Of a stretch of 64,000 bases of DNA, positions 8,452 to 18,030 are shown one piece after another. This DNA comes from Candidatus Woesebacteria bacterium RBG_16_42_24 (GTDB taxonomy: Bacteria > Patescibacteriota > Microgenomatia > UBA8517), in contig MGFX01000006.1 in the NCBI GenBank assembly GCA_001792115.1, positions 146,537 to 210,536 of the forward strand, in the 5' to 3' direction. The position numbers were made by a program, and so were the translations under genes. Each line of letters begins with the position of its first letter. Position 1 is the first letter of the stretch. The notes beneath the pieces were generated by a model. That model worked only from the letters and a program-made list of their open reading frames with translations. It had not been told where the DNA came from and did no database searches.

Positions 8452-9102
8452 CTACAATATTTTCTTAATTTCTTTTAATTCTTTAATCATTTTGAAGGCT
8501 AGTGACTCCAGCTCGGGGTGGGGATCTTTGTTGACGGCAATGCCGTAGTGAAGTTCTCGGAAAAGTGCTATGTCGCTATCACCGTCTCCGATTACGGAAC
8601 ATCTCTCTTTCTCTATATTATTTCTTGAAATAAATTCGTTAAATTGCTCAAGCTTTTTTGCCGCCTGGTCAGCATAATAATTAAGATCCACTAGGTTGCC
8701 CTCTTTATCCCAAATTAAATCTGTATTTGCATACCAGTGGGGTATACCCAGCCTTTCTGCAATGGCCTCGACATAAAGGTCAACAGATCCGGAAATTAAA
8801 CACAGTCGGTAGAACTTTTTAAGATACTCTACAATTTCAACTACATCCTTTTTAAATTTCCAAGATCTAAACATTTTTTCCATATATTTTTTATTCGCGT
8901 TTCGCGTACTTCTCCAAAGACCAATTAATTCTTTCTTTGCGTCAAGGTAAGACAACTTACCTTTTCTGAAACGTTCTTCAAATATATCAACATGGGTAGC
9001 ACGGGAAGCTCCCAACCCTTCGGTGATTTCGTACCAGGAAATGGTTTCAGTCAAAGTCCCGTCTATATCTAAAATAACTGTATCAATTTTTTCTTTTAGC
9101 AT
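8452..9102 (-). CDS. HAD-superfamily hydrolase (HAD-IB / phosphoserine-phosphatase-like)
   Basis: 216 aa; ILDIDGTLT motif I and IGDGDSDIALF motif IV. Confidence 0.75.
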   Translation of the reverse strand: MLKEKIDTVILDIDGTLTETISWYEITEGLGASRATHVDIFEERFRKGKLSYLDAKKELIGLWRSTRNANKKYMEKMFRSWKFKKDVVEIVEYLKKFYRLCLISGSVDLYVEAIAERLGIPHWYANTDLIWDKEGNLVDLNYYADQAAKKLEQFNEFISRNNIEKERCSVIGDGDSDIALFRELHYGIAVNKDPHPELESLAFKMIKELKEIKKIL

Positions 9103-9138
9103 TCTTTTTCAAAATTTTATCACGATCCTGAGTTTTAC

Positions 9139-9175
9139 CGAAGGACTCCGAAGCTACTTTGAAGACAAATTATTT
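9139..9175 (+). repeat. Intergenic motif family 2 copy b (CCGAAGGACTCCGAAGCTACTTTGAAGACAAATTATT), overlaps stop of the VOC gene
   Basis: GAAGACAAATTA runs into the TTA stop of 9170..9589. Confidence 0.7.
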
Positions 9176-9589
9176 TATGGATTCTTCGAATTTTTTGTGA
9201 GGAGAGTCCGGCTGAGCTTGGACCATTTCTAATTTATTTCCCTCTGGGTCAAAAAGAAATGCTGTAAGATTATTGTCTCGCAGTTTTAAAATTTCAGAAT
9301 CAAAAGCCACCCCCCTCCCCTCCATTTCTTTCTTGGTATTGGCTAGATCATCAACAGTGAAGCTTATGTGACGAACTCCCAGACTTTTTGTATCATCGAA
9401 GACTGGTCTTTTTTCGCCGCCTAAGCAAAGTTCTAAATATTGTCCTTCGGAGATATGAAGAAAGACTATTCTTAAAGACCCGTCGTCATTCGTAATTCGG
9501 AAAGCCTCGGTCAATCCCAATCCCCTGCAATAATAATCCAGCATCTTATCAATGTCTTTTACTCTTATAGCGACGTGTCCAAATCTCAT
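9170..9589 (-). CDS. VOC-family protein (glyoxalase/bleomycin-resistance/dioxygenase fold)
   Basis: 139 aa; MRFGHVAIRVKDIDKMLDYYCRGLGL N-terminal VOC pattern. Confidence 0.7.
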   Translation of the reverse strand: MRFGHVAIRVKDIDKMLDYYCRGLGLTEAFRITNDDGSLRIVFLHISEGQYLELCLGGEKRPVFDDTKSLGVRHISFTVDDLANTKKEMEGRGVAFDSEILKLRDNNLTAFLFDPEGNKLEMVQAQPDSPHKKFEESIK

Positions 9590-9605
9590 AGATTAATTCT
9601 AAGTT

Positions 9606-9630
9606 GGAACCGATCTCAAGACAAATTTTA
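9606..9630 (+). repeat. Intergenic motif family 2 copy c (GGAACCGATCTCAAGACAAATTTTA)
   Basis: AAGACAAATT core overlapping the TTA stop of 9628..10083. Confidence 0.55.
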
Positions 9631-10083
9631 AAATCTGCTTTCGAGCCAGAGCTTGGTGAAGAAGATTGTAAAAATTATAGAAACTACAGTGACACACTGC
9701 CAGATTATTTGGTGTATAAACCAAACAGAATCATTATGGAAAATGGAATGAAACGGAAGCTTTTCGGGCGGATTTCTGTTTATAGTGGAGAATTGCTGGT
9801 TAAACCAATAAATAGTTTCACCCAGACTTCTAACCACCCAAAAAACGGAGATAATTAGAAGGAATAAATACCAGTCGTTTAGCAAATAAGAAACCAGCGA
9901 AGAAGCAATCCAAAATGGGCCAAAAACGACCGCATCTCCCCAAGCGATAATTCCTAATAGATTAAGGTTTGGAGTAAGGCCGTAAGCGTTTTTGCGATAT
10001 TTACATTCATAATATCCCTTCACAAATACCCCAAGATTTACCAGAGCGTAGGCCCAAATAACGAGTTGCTGCCAATTCTCCAT
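9628..10083 (-). CDS. Hypothetical integral membrane protein
   Basis: 151 aa with 4 predicted hydrophobic helices; no known motif. Confidence 0.45.
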   Translation of the reverse strand: MENWQQLVIWAYALVNLGVFVKGYYECKYRKNAYGLTPNLNLLGIIAWGDAVVFGPFWIASSLVSYLLNDWYLFLLIISVFWVVRSLGETIYWFNQQFSTINRNPPEKLPFHSIFHNDSVWFIHQIIWQCVTVVSIIFTIFFTKLWLESRF

Positions 10084-10095
10084 ATCTGAATTGTA

Positions 10096-10124
10096 CCTCG
10101 GAGCTAATTTGAAGACAAATTATT
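10096..10124 (+). repeat. Intergenic motif family 2 copy d (CCTCGGAGCTAATTTGAAGACAAATTATT), abuts stop of 10123..10488
   Basis: Near-identical to copy a; ends at the TTA stop. Confidence 0.7.
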
Positions 10125-10488
10125 AAGTCTGATTTGCGGTTTCTTTATAAGCAGAAAATAAATGGTTTATAGCTTGCTTAGCCATACGTTTATCTTGAAT
10201 TAACTCCCACATAACAATAGCTCCTTGGAGACCAAGTAATAATTTGTATAATGAATACGGGACGGTCTGCGGATTACCCATTATCTCCTGTCTTGCCTGT
10301 GCCCAACTGATAGCGATTTCCCTGGGTGATATATGCTTATCCGCTATTCTTTCGACAAGGACTCTACAAACATCGTAAGGGTATCCACTAGCCAGTGAAC
10401 TATGCTTCCTGAGACGGTGCATTAACTCGCCAGAAGATGGCATATTTATTACCTCTTCCACCTCTCCGACCCTTTTTGCTTCAATCAT
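10123..10488 (-). CDS. Hypothetical protein
   Basis: 121 aa ORF without recognisable motifs. Confidence 0.4.
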   Translation of the reverse strand: MIEAKRVGEVEEVINMPSSGELMHRLRKHSSLASGYPYDVCRVLVERIADKHISPREIAISWAQARQEIMGNPQTVPYSLYKLLLGLQGAIVMWELIQDKRMAKQAINHLFSAYKETANQT

Positions 10489-10520
10489 GAAAAGAATTAT
10501 ATCACTATTTAGAGTGAATT

Positions 10521-10772
10521 CTATTTTTTGCCATCGAGACGGGCAACTGGTTTTACCCCCTTAAAAGTGCCGTTTAAAAATTGAGTTACTAGCCGGTTTA
10601 CTTTTTCTCTATATAACCAGGCGTAAGCGGAACTAAGTGTTACCTTGGATGAATGTAAAGAGCTTCCGGAAATTAGACGTACATCTTCAACGGTAGGATG
10701 GATACCTCTTTTTATGGTTTGGACAACCAAAATAATATCATCTCGAGATGGTAAATGACTTCTCTCGTGCAT
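10521..10772 (-). CDS. Hypothetical protein (start moved to internal ATG, MHERSHLP...)
   Basis: ORF track begins at a TTG; an in-frame ATG at 10770-10772 is the more plausible start. Confidence 0.35.
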   Translation of the reverse strand: MHERSHLPSRDDIILVVQTIKRGIHPTVEDVRLISGSSLHSSKVTLSSAYAWLYREKVNRLVTQFLNGTFKGVKPVARLDGKK

Positions 10773-10799
10773 AATTTTTGCGGGCAATGGCTAATTCTA

Positions 10800-10828
10800 C
10801 TCCGAAGCTAATTTGAAGACAATAATTT
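10800..10828 (+). repeat. Intergenic motif family 2 copy e (CTCCGAAGCTAATTTGAAGACAATAATTT)
   Basis: In the divergent region between 10521..10787 and 10903..11595. Confidence 0.65.
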
Positions 10829-10902
10829 AGCTTAAGTCTAAAATTGGTTAAGTAGGCTTCACTAGACATTTAACAATCTAAGGTAAATAATTGCTCTGAA
10901 AT

Positions 10903-11595
10903 ATGGAACTAAAAATACACGATTTTCAATTATCAATTCTGCGGGAGCTTCTTTTTAGACCCAACGCGCGCTTTCGGGATTTAAAGAAAGTAGATATTAC
11001 GAATGACCACTTTACTTTTCATTTAAAACAGCTGGTTAAGGAAGGATTGGTTATAAAACAAAACAAGGTTTACAGTCTTACAGACGAAGGAAAAGAGTTT
11101 GCAAATAGAATGGATACTGAGGCACTTAGGATTGAGAGACAGGGGAAAATAGCAGTCGGGCTTCATGCGGTAAGACTTAGAAATGGTAAGACGGAACACC
11201 TTGTACATCAAAGGCTTAAAGAACCCTTTTATGGCTGGTACGGATCCCAGAGCGGAAAAGTAAGGTGGGGAGAAAATCCTTTGGACTGCGCTAAAAGAGA
11301 ATTTAGAGAGGAAACCGGGCTTACAGGAAAATTTACACTTAAGGGAATTGTTCACTACCACCACTTTCATCAAGACGGAAGGTTGCTTGAAGATAAATAT
11401 TTTTGGATTTATAAGGTGGAAAACACAAAGGGAGATTTTATGGAAGAGGTCCCAGAGGGTAAAAATATATGGATAAGTGAGGCCAAATATCGAAAACTGA
11501 AAAACGTTTTTGCAACTTTTGACGAAGTTCGCGAGGTATTAAATAGTAAAAAGCTACTTTATTTAGATAGAGCAAGATTTGTTAAGAGCTACTAA
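10903..11595 (+). CDS. Winged-helix / NUDIX hydrolase fusion protein
   Basis: 230 aa; Nudix box GKVRWGENPLDCAKREFREETGL (GX5EX7REUXEEXGU); N-terminal HTH-like region. Confidence 0.7.
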   Translation: MELKIHDFQLSILRELLFRPNARFRDLKKVDITNDHFTFHLKQLVKEGLVIKQNKVYSLTDEGKEFANRMDTEALRIERQGKIAVGLHAVRLRNGKTEHLVHQRLKEPFYGWYGSQSGKVRWGENPLDCAKREFREETGLTGKFTLKGIVHYHHFHQDGRLLEDKYFWIYKVENTKGDFMEEVPEGKNIWISEAKYRKLKNVFATFDEVREVLNSKKLLYLDRARFVKSY

Positions 11596-11624
11596 AAAGC
11601 TCTCGGTGAGGTTTTAGGTCTTTT

Positions 11625-11650
11625 CCCCGAAGCTACTTTGAGGACAACCC
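11625..11650 (+). repeat. Intergenic motif family 2 copy f, degenerate (CCCCGAAGCTACTTTGAGGACAACCC)
   Basis: CCGAAGCTACTTTGA-GGACAA matches copy b; abuts the CTA stop of hppA. Confidence 0.55.
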
Positions 11651-13890
11651 TAGCTGGTGACCGAGACTCGGTATTTTTTGCTCTGCCAGATTCCCCAGAC
11701 GAAAATCGCGATAAGAACGGCAATTGCCACTTTTGCCCCAAAAGTTCCGTGGTACTGGACGATAACCGGCGCGGCAATAAGGCTGACCAGGTTCACAACT
11801 TTAATCATAGGGTTAAGCGCAGGTCCGGCAGTATCCTTTAGTGGATCCCCTACCGTATCTCCCTCAACCGAAGCCTTGTGGGCGTCAGATCCCTTACCTC
11901 CAAAGTGGCCGTCCTCGATAAACTTCTTGGCATTATCGAGTGCGCCTCCGGCAACAGACATATAAACTGCTAAAAGTTGTCCCGTGAGTATTACTCCCGC
12001 AAGAAATGCTCCCAAAGCCTCAACTTCGAAAATAAGTCCCACAAGCAGTGGCAGGGAAACCGAAATAGCCACCAAACTTATTAAGTCTTTTTGGGCTGCG
12101 GCGGTTGTGATACTCACAACCTTTTCGTATTCGGGAGTTTTGGTCCCTTCCATTACCCCAGGAACCTTAAACTGTTTTCTTACTTCTTCAACCACCTTAA
12201 TGGCTGCTCTTGCAACAGCCTTAATGGCAATTGCGGCAAAAAGAAGGGGCAAGGCTCCCCCCAGCAAAAATCCAATTACGGTTGGAAGAGAAGAAATTCG
12301 AATTGATTCAAGAACCTGAACTCCTATTCTTTCCTGTACGATCCCCACGTCTGTTATGAATGAAAAGAAAAGGGCGGTTGCCGCAATAACCGCGGAAGCA
12401 ATTGCCAGCTGTTTGGTTATCGCTTTGGTGGTATTTCCAACAGAGTCCAAGTCCGCCATTATTTTTGCTGCGCTTTCGGGAACCCCAGCCATCTCCCCTA
12501 TTCCGTTGGCATTATCTGCAATTGGTCCGAATGCATCCATCGCTACGTTATTTCCGGTCAGGGACAACATTCCAATTCCGATCATCGCTACCCCGTATAA
12601 CATGTAAATGGGCGGCATTCCCCAGTAGATAAGAAGGCTTGAGGCAAGGGCCGCGCAAATTACGAATACGCTCCAGACCGAAGATTCCATACCAACCCCG
12701 AGACCCGAAAGGATTGTGGTTGCACTTCCGGTTTTGGTTGACTCCGCAATCTCAAGAACGGGCCGCCTCTTGTAAGAAGTGAAGTAAGAGGTAAGAGGAT
12801 TAAATGCAACCGCCAGGGCGATTCCGACGGCATTAAGAAGAGCTAGTTTCCACTCCCCCGCATAAAACATTGCAAAGGCAAAAGCCGAAAGAACCGTAAA
12901 AACACTTGAGAGTTCATAGCTTCTAAACATGGCTTCTTCCGCGTCTTTAGCACGCAGCCATTTCGCTGGAAATTTTTCCCAAATGGGAACGGCTAGCGTT
13001 CCGATGATTGAGGAAACAACTCCAATTGCGCGGACCACTAAGGGGTAAACTATCCAGAAAGACTGACCCGTTAAGTGATAAAGAACAAGCCCTAAAATTA
13101 AAGAAGAAACAATTGTTACTTCGTAAGACTCGAAGATATCGGCTGCCATTCCGGCGCAGTCCCCGACGTTATCCCCGACAAGGTCTGCTACAACCCCCGC
13201 ATTTCTCGGATCATCCTCGGGTAAGTTTTTCTCGACTTTACCCACAAGGTCTGCTCCCATGTCAGCGGCCTTGGTATAAATTCCTCCCCCTATTCTCATA
13301 AAAAGGGCAACGAGTGTTCCTCCGAAACCAAAACCCAGAAGTGCGTCGGGCGCAGCTTTGCCAAAAACCATAAATATAATTGTTCCCCCGAGAAGCCCGA
13401 GTCCGTCCGTAAGCATTCCGGTAAATGTTCCCGCCCTGTAGGCTGTAGTTAAGGCGCCGTTATAATCCCCTTTTACTGCCTTTGCGGTGACCCTCACATT
13501 TCCCTCAATGGCAACCCTCATTCCGAGTTGTCCGACAAGAGTGGAGAAAGTTGCACCAACAATAAAGGCGATAGTTCGGCCTAAAGCGACTATCAAAGTT
13601 GCATTGTCGCCAAATCTGGCAACTGCTTCGCTAGACGGCGGAACAACGTAGACGCTTAAGAAGAGGATCACAATTAATGCAAGAAGCACAAGAGTAATTG
13701 TTTTTAGTTGTTTTCTAAGGTACCCCTCCGCTCCCCGCTTAATAGCTTTCCAGACGGTTTGCATTTTTTCGGTGCCCTTATCCTCTGAAGAAGTTTTCTT
13801 CCAAAGCCAGAGGGCATAGATAAGGGCCGAAAAGGCAACGCCTATTACTCCCCAAATCATCATTTGCTCAAAAGCGGCTAATTCATTCAT
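11650..13890 (-). CDS. hppA: Membrane-bound K+-dependent H+/Na+-translocating pyrophosphatase
   Basis: 746 aa; multiple TM helices; GDNVGDCAGMAADIFESYEV and DLVGKVE motifs diagnostic of V-type PPases. Confidence 0.93.
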   Translation of the reverse strand: MNELAAFEQMMIWGVIGVAFSALIYALWLWKKTSSEDKGTEKMQTVWKAIKRGAEGYLRKQLKTITLVLLALIVILFLSVYVVPPSSEAVARFGDNATLIVALGRTIAFIVGATFSTLVGQLGMRVAIEGNVRVTAKAVKGDYNGALTTAYRAGTFTGMLTDGLGLLGGTIIFMVFGKAAPDALLGFGFGGTLVALFMRIGGGIYTKAADMGADLVGKVEKNLPEDDPRNAGVVADLVGDNVGDCAGMAADIFESYEVTIVSSLILGLVLYHLTGQSFWIVYPLVVRAIGVVSSIIGTLAVPIWEKFPAKWLRAKDAEEAMFRSYELSSVFTVLSAFAFAMFYAGEWKLALLNAVGIALAVAFNPLTSYFTSYKRRPVLEIAESTKTGSATTILSGLGVGMESSVWSVFVICAALASSLLIYWGMPPIYMLYGVAMIGIGMLSLTGNNVAMDAFGPIADNANGIGEMAGVPESAAKIMADLDSVGNTTKAITKQLAIASAVIAATALFFSFITDVGIVQERIGVQVLESIRISSLPTVIGFLLGGALPLLFAAIAIKAVARAAIKVVEEVRKQFKVPGVMEGTKTPEYEKVVSITTAAAQKDLISLVAISVSLPLLVGLIFEVEALGAFLAGVILTGQLLAVYMSVAGGALDNAKKFIEDGHFGGKGSDAHKASVEGDTVGDPLKDTAGPALNPMIKVVNLVSLIAAPVIVQYHGTFGAKVAIAVLIAIFVWGIWQSKKYRVSVTS

Positions 13891-14007
13891 TAGTATTAAA
13901 ATCGACCCGCGAAGGGGTCACATGCCTTATTCTAAAAAAAGTTTGGAGAATTTGCAATATTTATTTATCTAGTAGAATTTAAGACAGATTTCTTAACGAG
14001 GTAGTTC

Positions 14008-14038
14008 TTGACAAAACTTTACTACGATACTATATAGT
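14008..14038 (+). promoter_or_regulatory. Sigma70-type promoter of the TrpR-like gene (TTGACA-17 nt-TATATA), overlapped by a palindrome
   Basis: TTGACA at 14008-14013, 17-nt spacer, TATATA at 14031-14036; ATG at 14050. Confidence 0.55.
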
Positions 14039-14046
14039 ATCGTAGT
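14021..14046. promoter_or_regulatory. 26-bp perfect palindrome ACTACGATACTATATAGTATCGTAGT (candidate operator)
   Basis: Perfect dyad read directly; embeds the -10 element of the promoter. Confidence 0.5.
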
Positions 14047-14049
14047 GAG

Positions 14050-14499
14050 ATGACTAAGGTGTCTAGATTACCATTAAGAAACGATGTTTGGGGTAGGATT
14101 TTCAAACTCTTTATAGAAACACTTGCAGGAGTTAAAGAAGAAACCAAACTAGAGATGTTTGTACGAGACTTTTTTTCGCCCACCGAAAGAATAATGTTTG
14201 CAAAGCGTCTCGCTGCCTCCGTACTTTTGTCTAAGGGTCATAACTATCAAAATATTAGACAAATATTGAGGATAAGCCCCTCGACAATTGCTAGAATAAA
14301 CTTGAAAGTAAAATATGAAGGCAAGGGGCTAAATGTTGTTATTGCAGATATATTGAGAAAACAAGATGCAAGAATTATTTGGAAAGAGATTGAAGATCTG
14401 TTCGATCTTCCCACTAAAGCTAGCTTAAAGTCCCCCGAAAGGTTTAAGAGAGGGCTTGCCCGCCAGCAAGAGATCACCGAACTTAAAGAAAGATTTTAG
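14050..14499 (+). CDS. TrpR-like / YerC-YecD family DNA-binding protein
   Basis: 149 aa; FFSPTERIMFAKRLAASVLLSKGHNYQNIRQILRISPSTIARIN matches the TrpR/YerC HTH region. Confidence 0.6.
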   Translation: MTKVSRLPLRNDVWGRIFKLFIETLAGVKEETKLEMFVRDFFSPTERIMFAKRLAASVLLSKGHNYQNIRQILRISPSTIARINLKVKYEGKGLNVVIADILRKQDARIIWKEIEDLFDLPTKASLKSPERFKRGLARQQEITELKERF

Positions 14500-14502
14500 C
14501 AG

Positions 14503-14530
14503 CACTACAATACTATATAGTATTGTAGTG
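14503..14530. promoter_or_regulatory. 28-bp perfect palindrome CACTACAATACTATATAGTATTGTAGTG (second operator copy or bidirectional terminator hairpin)
   Basis: Near-copy of the 14021-14046 palindrome, 4 nt after the stop of the TrpR-like gene, between convergent genes. Confidence 0.45.
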
Positions 14531-14589
14531 TGAGATTAGTGCGTATCTTTAAAAGTTGTGTTTGATTGTCGAAGTAGCGGTAAGCAGAT

Positions 14590-15195
14590 TTAGATTTTCT
14601 TTAGAGAGGAAAGGATTGAGTCCATTTCATCGAGCATGGTTTTGGTTTTCCCTGCTGGAGTAATGTAAGCAATGTGGCCATAGAGAGTTGGGGCCCCCCA
14701 GCCGTATTGGGTTTTGTGACAAATCCCAAAGCCGCTTGAAGATAACTCCTCCCCGGTCCAGCTTCGTCTAAATAAGTCCGAGCTTTGGATGGTGATTTCT
14801 TTAAATGCGTCGTAGCGGGCGCTTGGGCCTTCAGTATCCGCATCCCCCGGGTAAAGGCAGACCGCTCCCCCAAACCCTCCCTGGGTGATTGAGATTTGAT
14901 AAGCGCCTTTTGTAAGAATAATTTTTTCATCGTCGGCCCCCGAGGACTCTCGGGTATCTTGCCAGTCATCAGGAACGCTTAATTCGTACTTGGGGAAGGA
15001 AAGAATCCCGCCTCCGGTAACTTTTTTTGTATTTTTTGCAGGAGTTGTAGGGGTTAAGGTAGGTGAATTTAGGGATGTTTGGGGAGAAGTTGTTTCCGGT
15101 TTCTTTAACGAAAATCCAAATTTGCCTATGCCAAAAGAAAGAGCTGCAACGAGGATGATTATGATTGCTATTAAGATTGGGACAAGATATTTCAT
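14590..15195 (-). CDS. Hypothetical exported/anchored protein
   Basis: 201 aa; N-terminal TM helix then Ser/Thr/Pro-rich linker; no known domain. Confidence 0.4.
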   Translation of the reverse strand: MKYLVPILIAIIIILVAALSFGIGKFGFSLKKPETTSPQTSLNSPTLTPTTPAKNTKKVTGGGILSFPKYELSVPDDWQDTRESSGADDEKIILTKGAYQISITQGGFGGAVCLYPGDADTEGPSARYDAFKEITIQSSDLFRRSWTGEELSSSGFGICHKTQYGWGAPTLYGHIAYITPAGKTKTMLDEMDSILSSLKKI

Positions 15196-15196
15196 G

Positions 15197-17197
<2,001 letters not shown>

Positions 17198-17317
17198 TTA
17201 TACCCCAAAATGAGGGTAAATGGAAGGAAAAAATCAGTATTCCGGTACTCCGGTATTCCAGTTTTCAGTTTATCGGTTTACCGGTTGACCAGTCTGACTG
17301 GACTACTGGAATACTGG

Positions 17318-17923
17318 TCAACTGATTCTTATAACAAAATTAGTAAGCTGCAAAAGGACATTTCCGTTGGCGTAAAGTGCATTAAGGACTTTAACAGCCT
17401 TTTTTAAATTCTGCGCGTTTTTTACCCAATCCCCATTTCCTTTTACGAGATCTTGGTGCCAGGAGGATATTAATTCATCCAAGAAATTTACGGCCTCCTC
17501 TCTTTTTTTAATGCTATCCACAAATAGTAATTTTTCTGGAGTCTTAAGTCTTAAGAATTCTGATACCTTTTCACTTTCCACTTTTAACTTTTTACTTTTC
17601 ACTCGTATAACCTGGCACCTCGATAAAATGGTGGGAAGGACCTTTTTGGAGGAGGTTGCAGAGAGAACATAATAGAGATTATCCTGAGGCTCCTCCAGAG
17701 CCTTCAAGAAGGCGTTTTGGGCCTCGATGGTCGCCTCATCTATACTCTTAATATATATAGCGCAAGGTCTATCTTGCGAGAGCCTGCTTATGCGAGAAAG
17801 GGCCCGGACATCTTCTATTTTTGCCAGTGGAAAGGGGGTTAGTTGGGCTTTAACCTTTTTTGATAGCTTCTCCACCTCTTTGACTAGGTCCGGGTCACTA
17901 CCTATTAGCAAAAATGAATGCAC
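17318..17923 (-). CDS. holB: DNA polymerase III delta-prime subunit-like clamp-loader protein
   Basis: 201 aa; AFLKALEEP and TILSRCQ motifs without Walker A. Confidence 0.55.
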   Translation of the reverse strand: MHSFLLIGSDPDLVKEVEKLSKKVKAQLTPFPLAKIEDVRALSRISRLSQDRPCAIYIKSIDEATIEAQNAFLKALEEPQDNLYYVLSATSSKKVLPTILSRCQVIRVKSKKLKVESEKVSEFLRLKTPEKLLFVDSIKKREEAVNFLDELISSWHQDLVKGNGDWVKNAQNLKKAVKVLNALYANGNVLLQLTNFVIRIS

Positions 17924-18030
17924 GGCAAGAGAAGTATTATGAAAGCTATCCCGCTTGTCAATAGTTCGACTTCGCTCACTATGATACTTCTCTTGCGGGC
18001 GACATCGCCATGAGGCATAATAGTTAAAGT

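Noticed and set aside
10123-10787. Possibility that 10123..10488 and 10521..10787 are one frameshifted gene
   Set aside because: The two are in different frames, separated by 33 nt containing stop codons, and show no recognisable domain continuity, so they are kept as separate hypothetical genes.
3161-11650. Interpretation of the motif-punctuated array as a canonical integron
   Set aside because: No intI-type integrase, attI or Pc-like promoter is present, and the motifs are far shorter than attC sites and lack their symmetric R/L box structure. Only the loose cassette-like analogy was kept.
11657-13301. Several 60-110 aa ORFs antisense within hppA, and similar antisense ORFs inside gyrB, pilB, pheT, typA and thrS
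   Set aside because: They are embedded in well-supported conserved genes on the opposite strand, with low-complexity composition typical of antisense frames.
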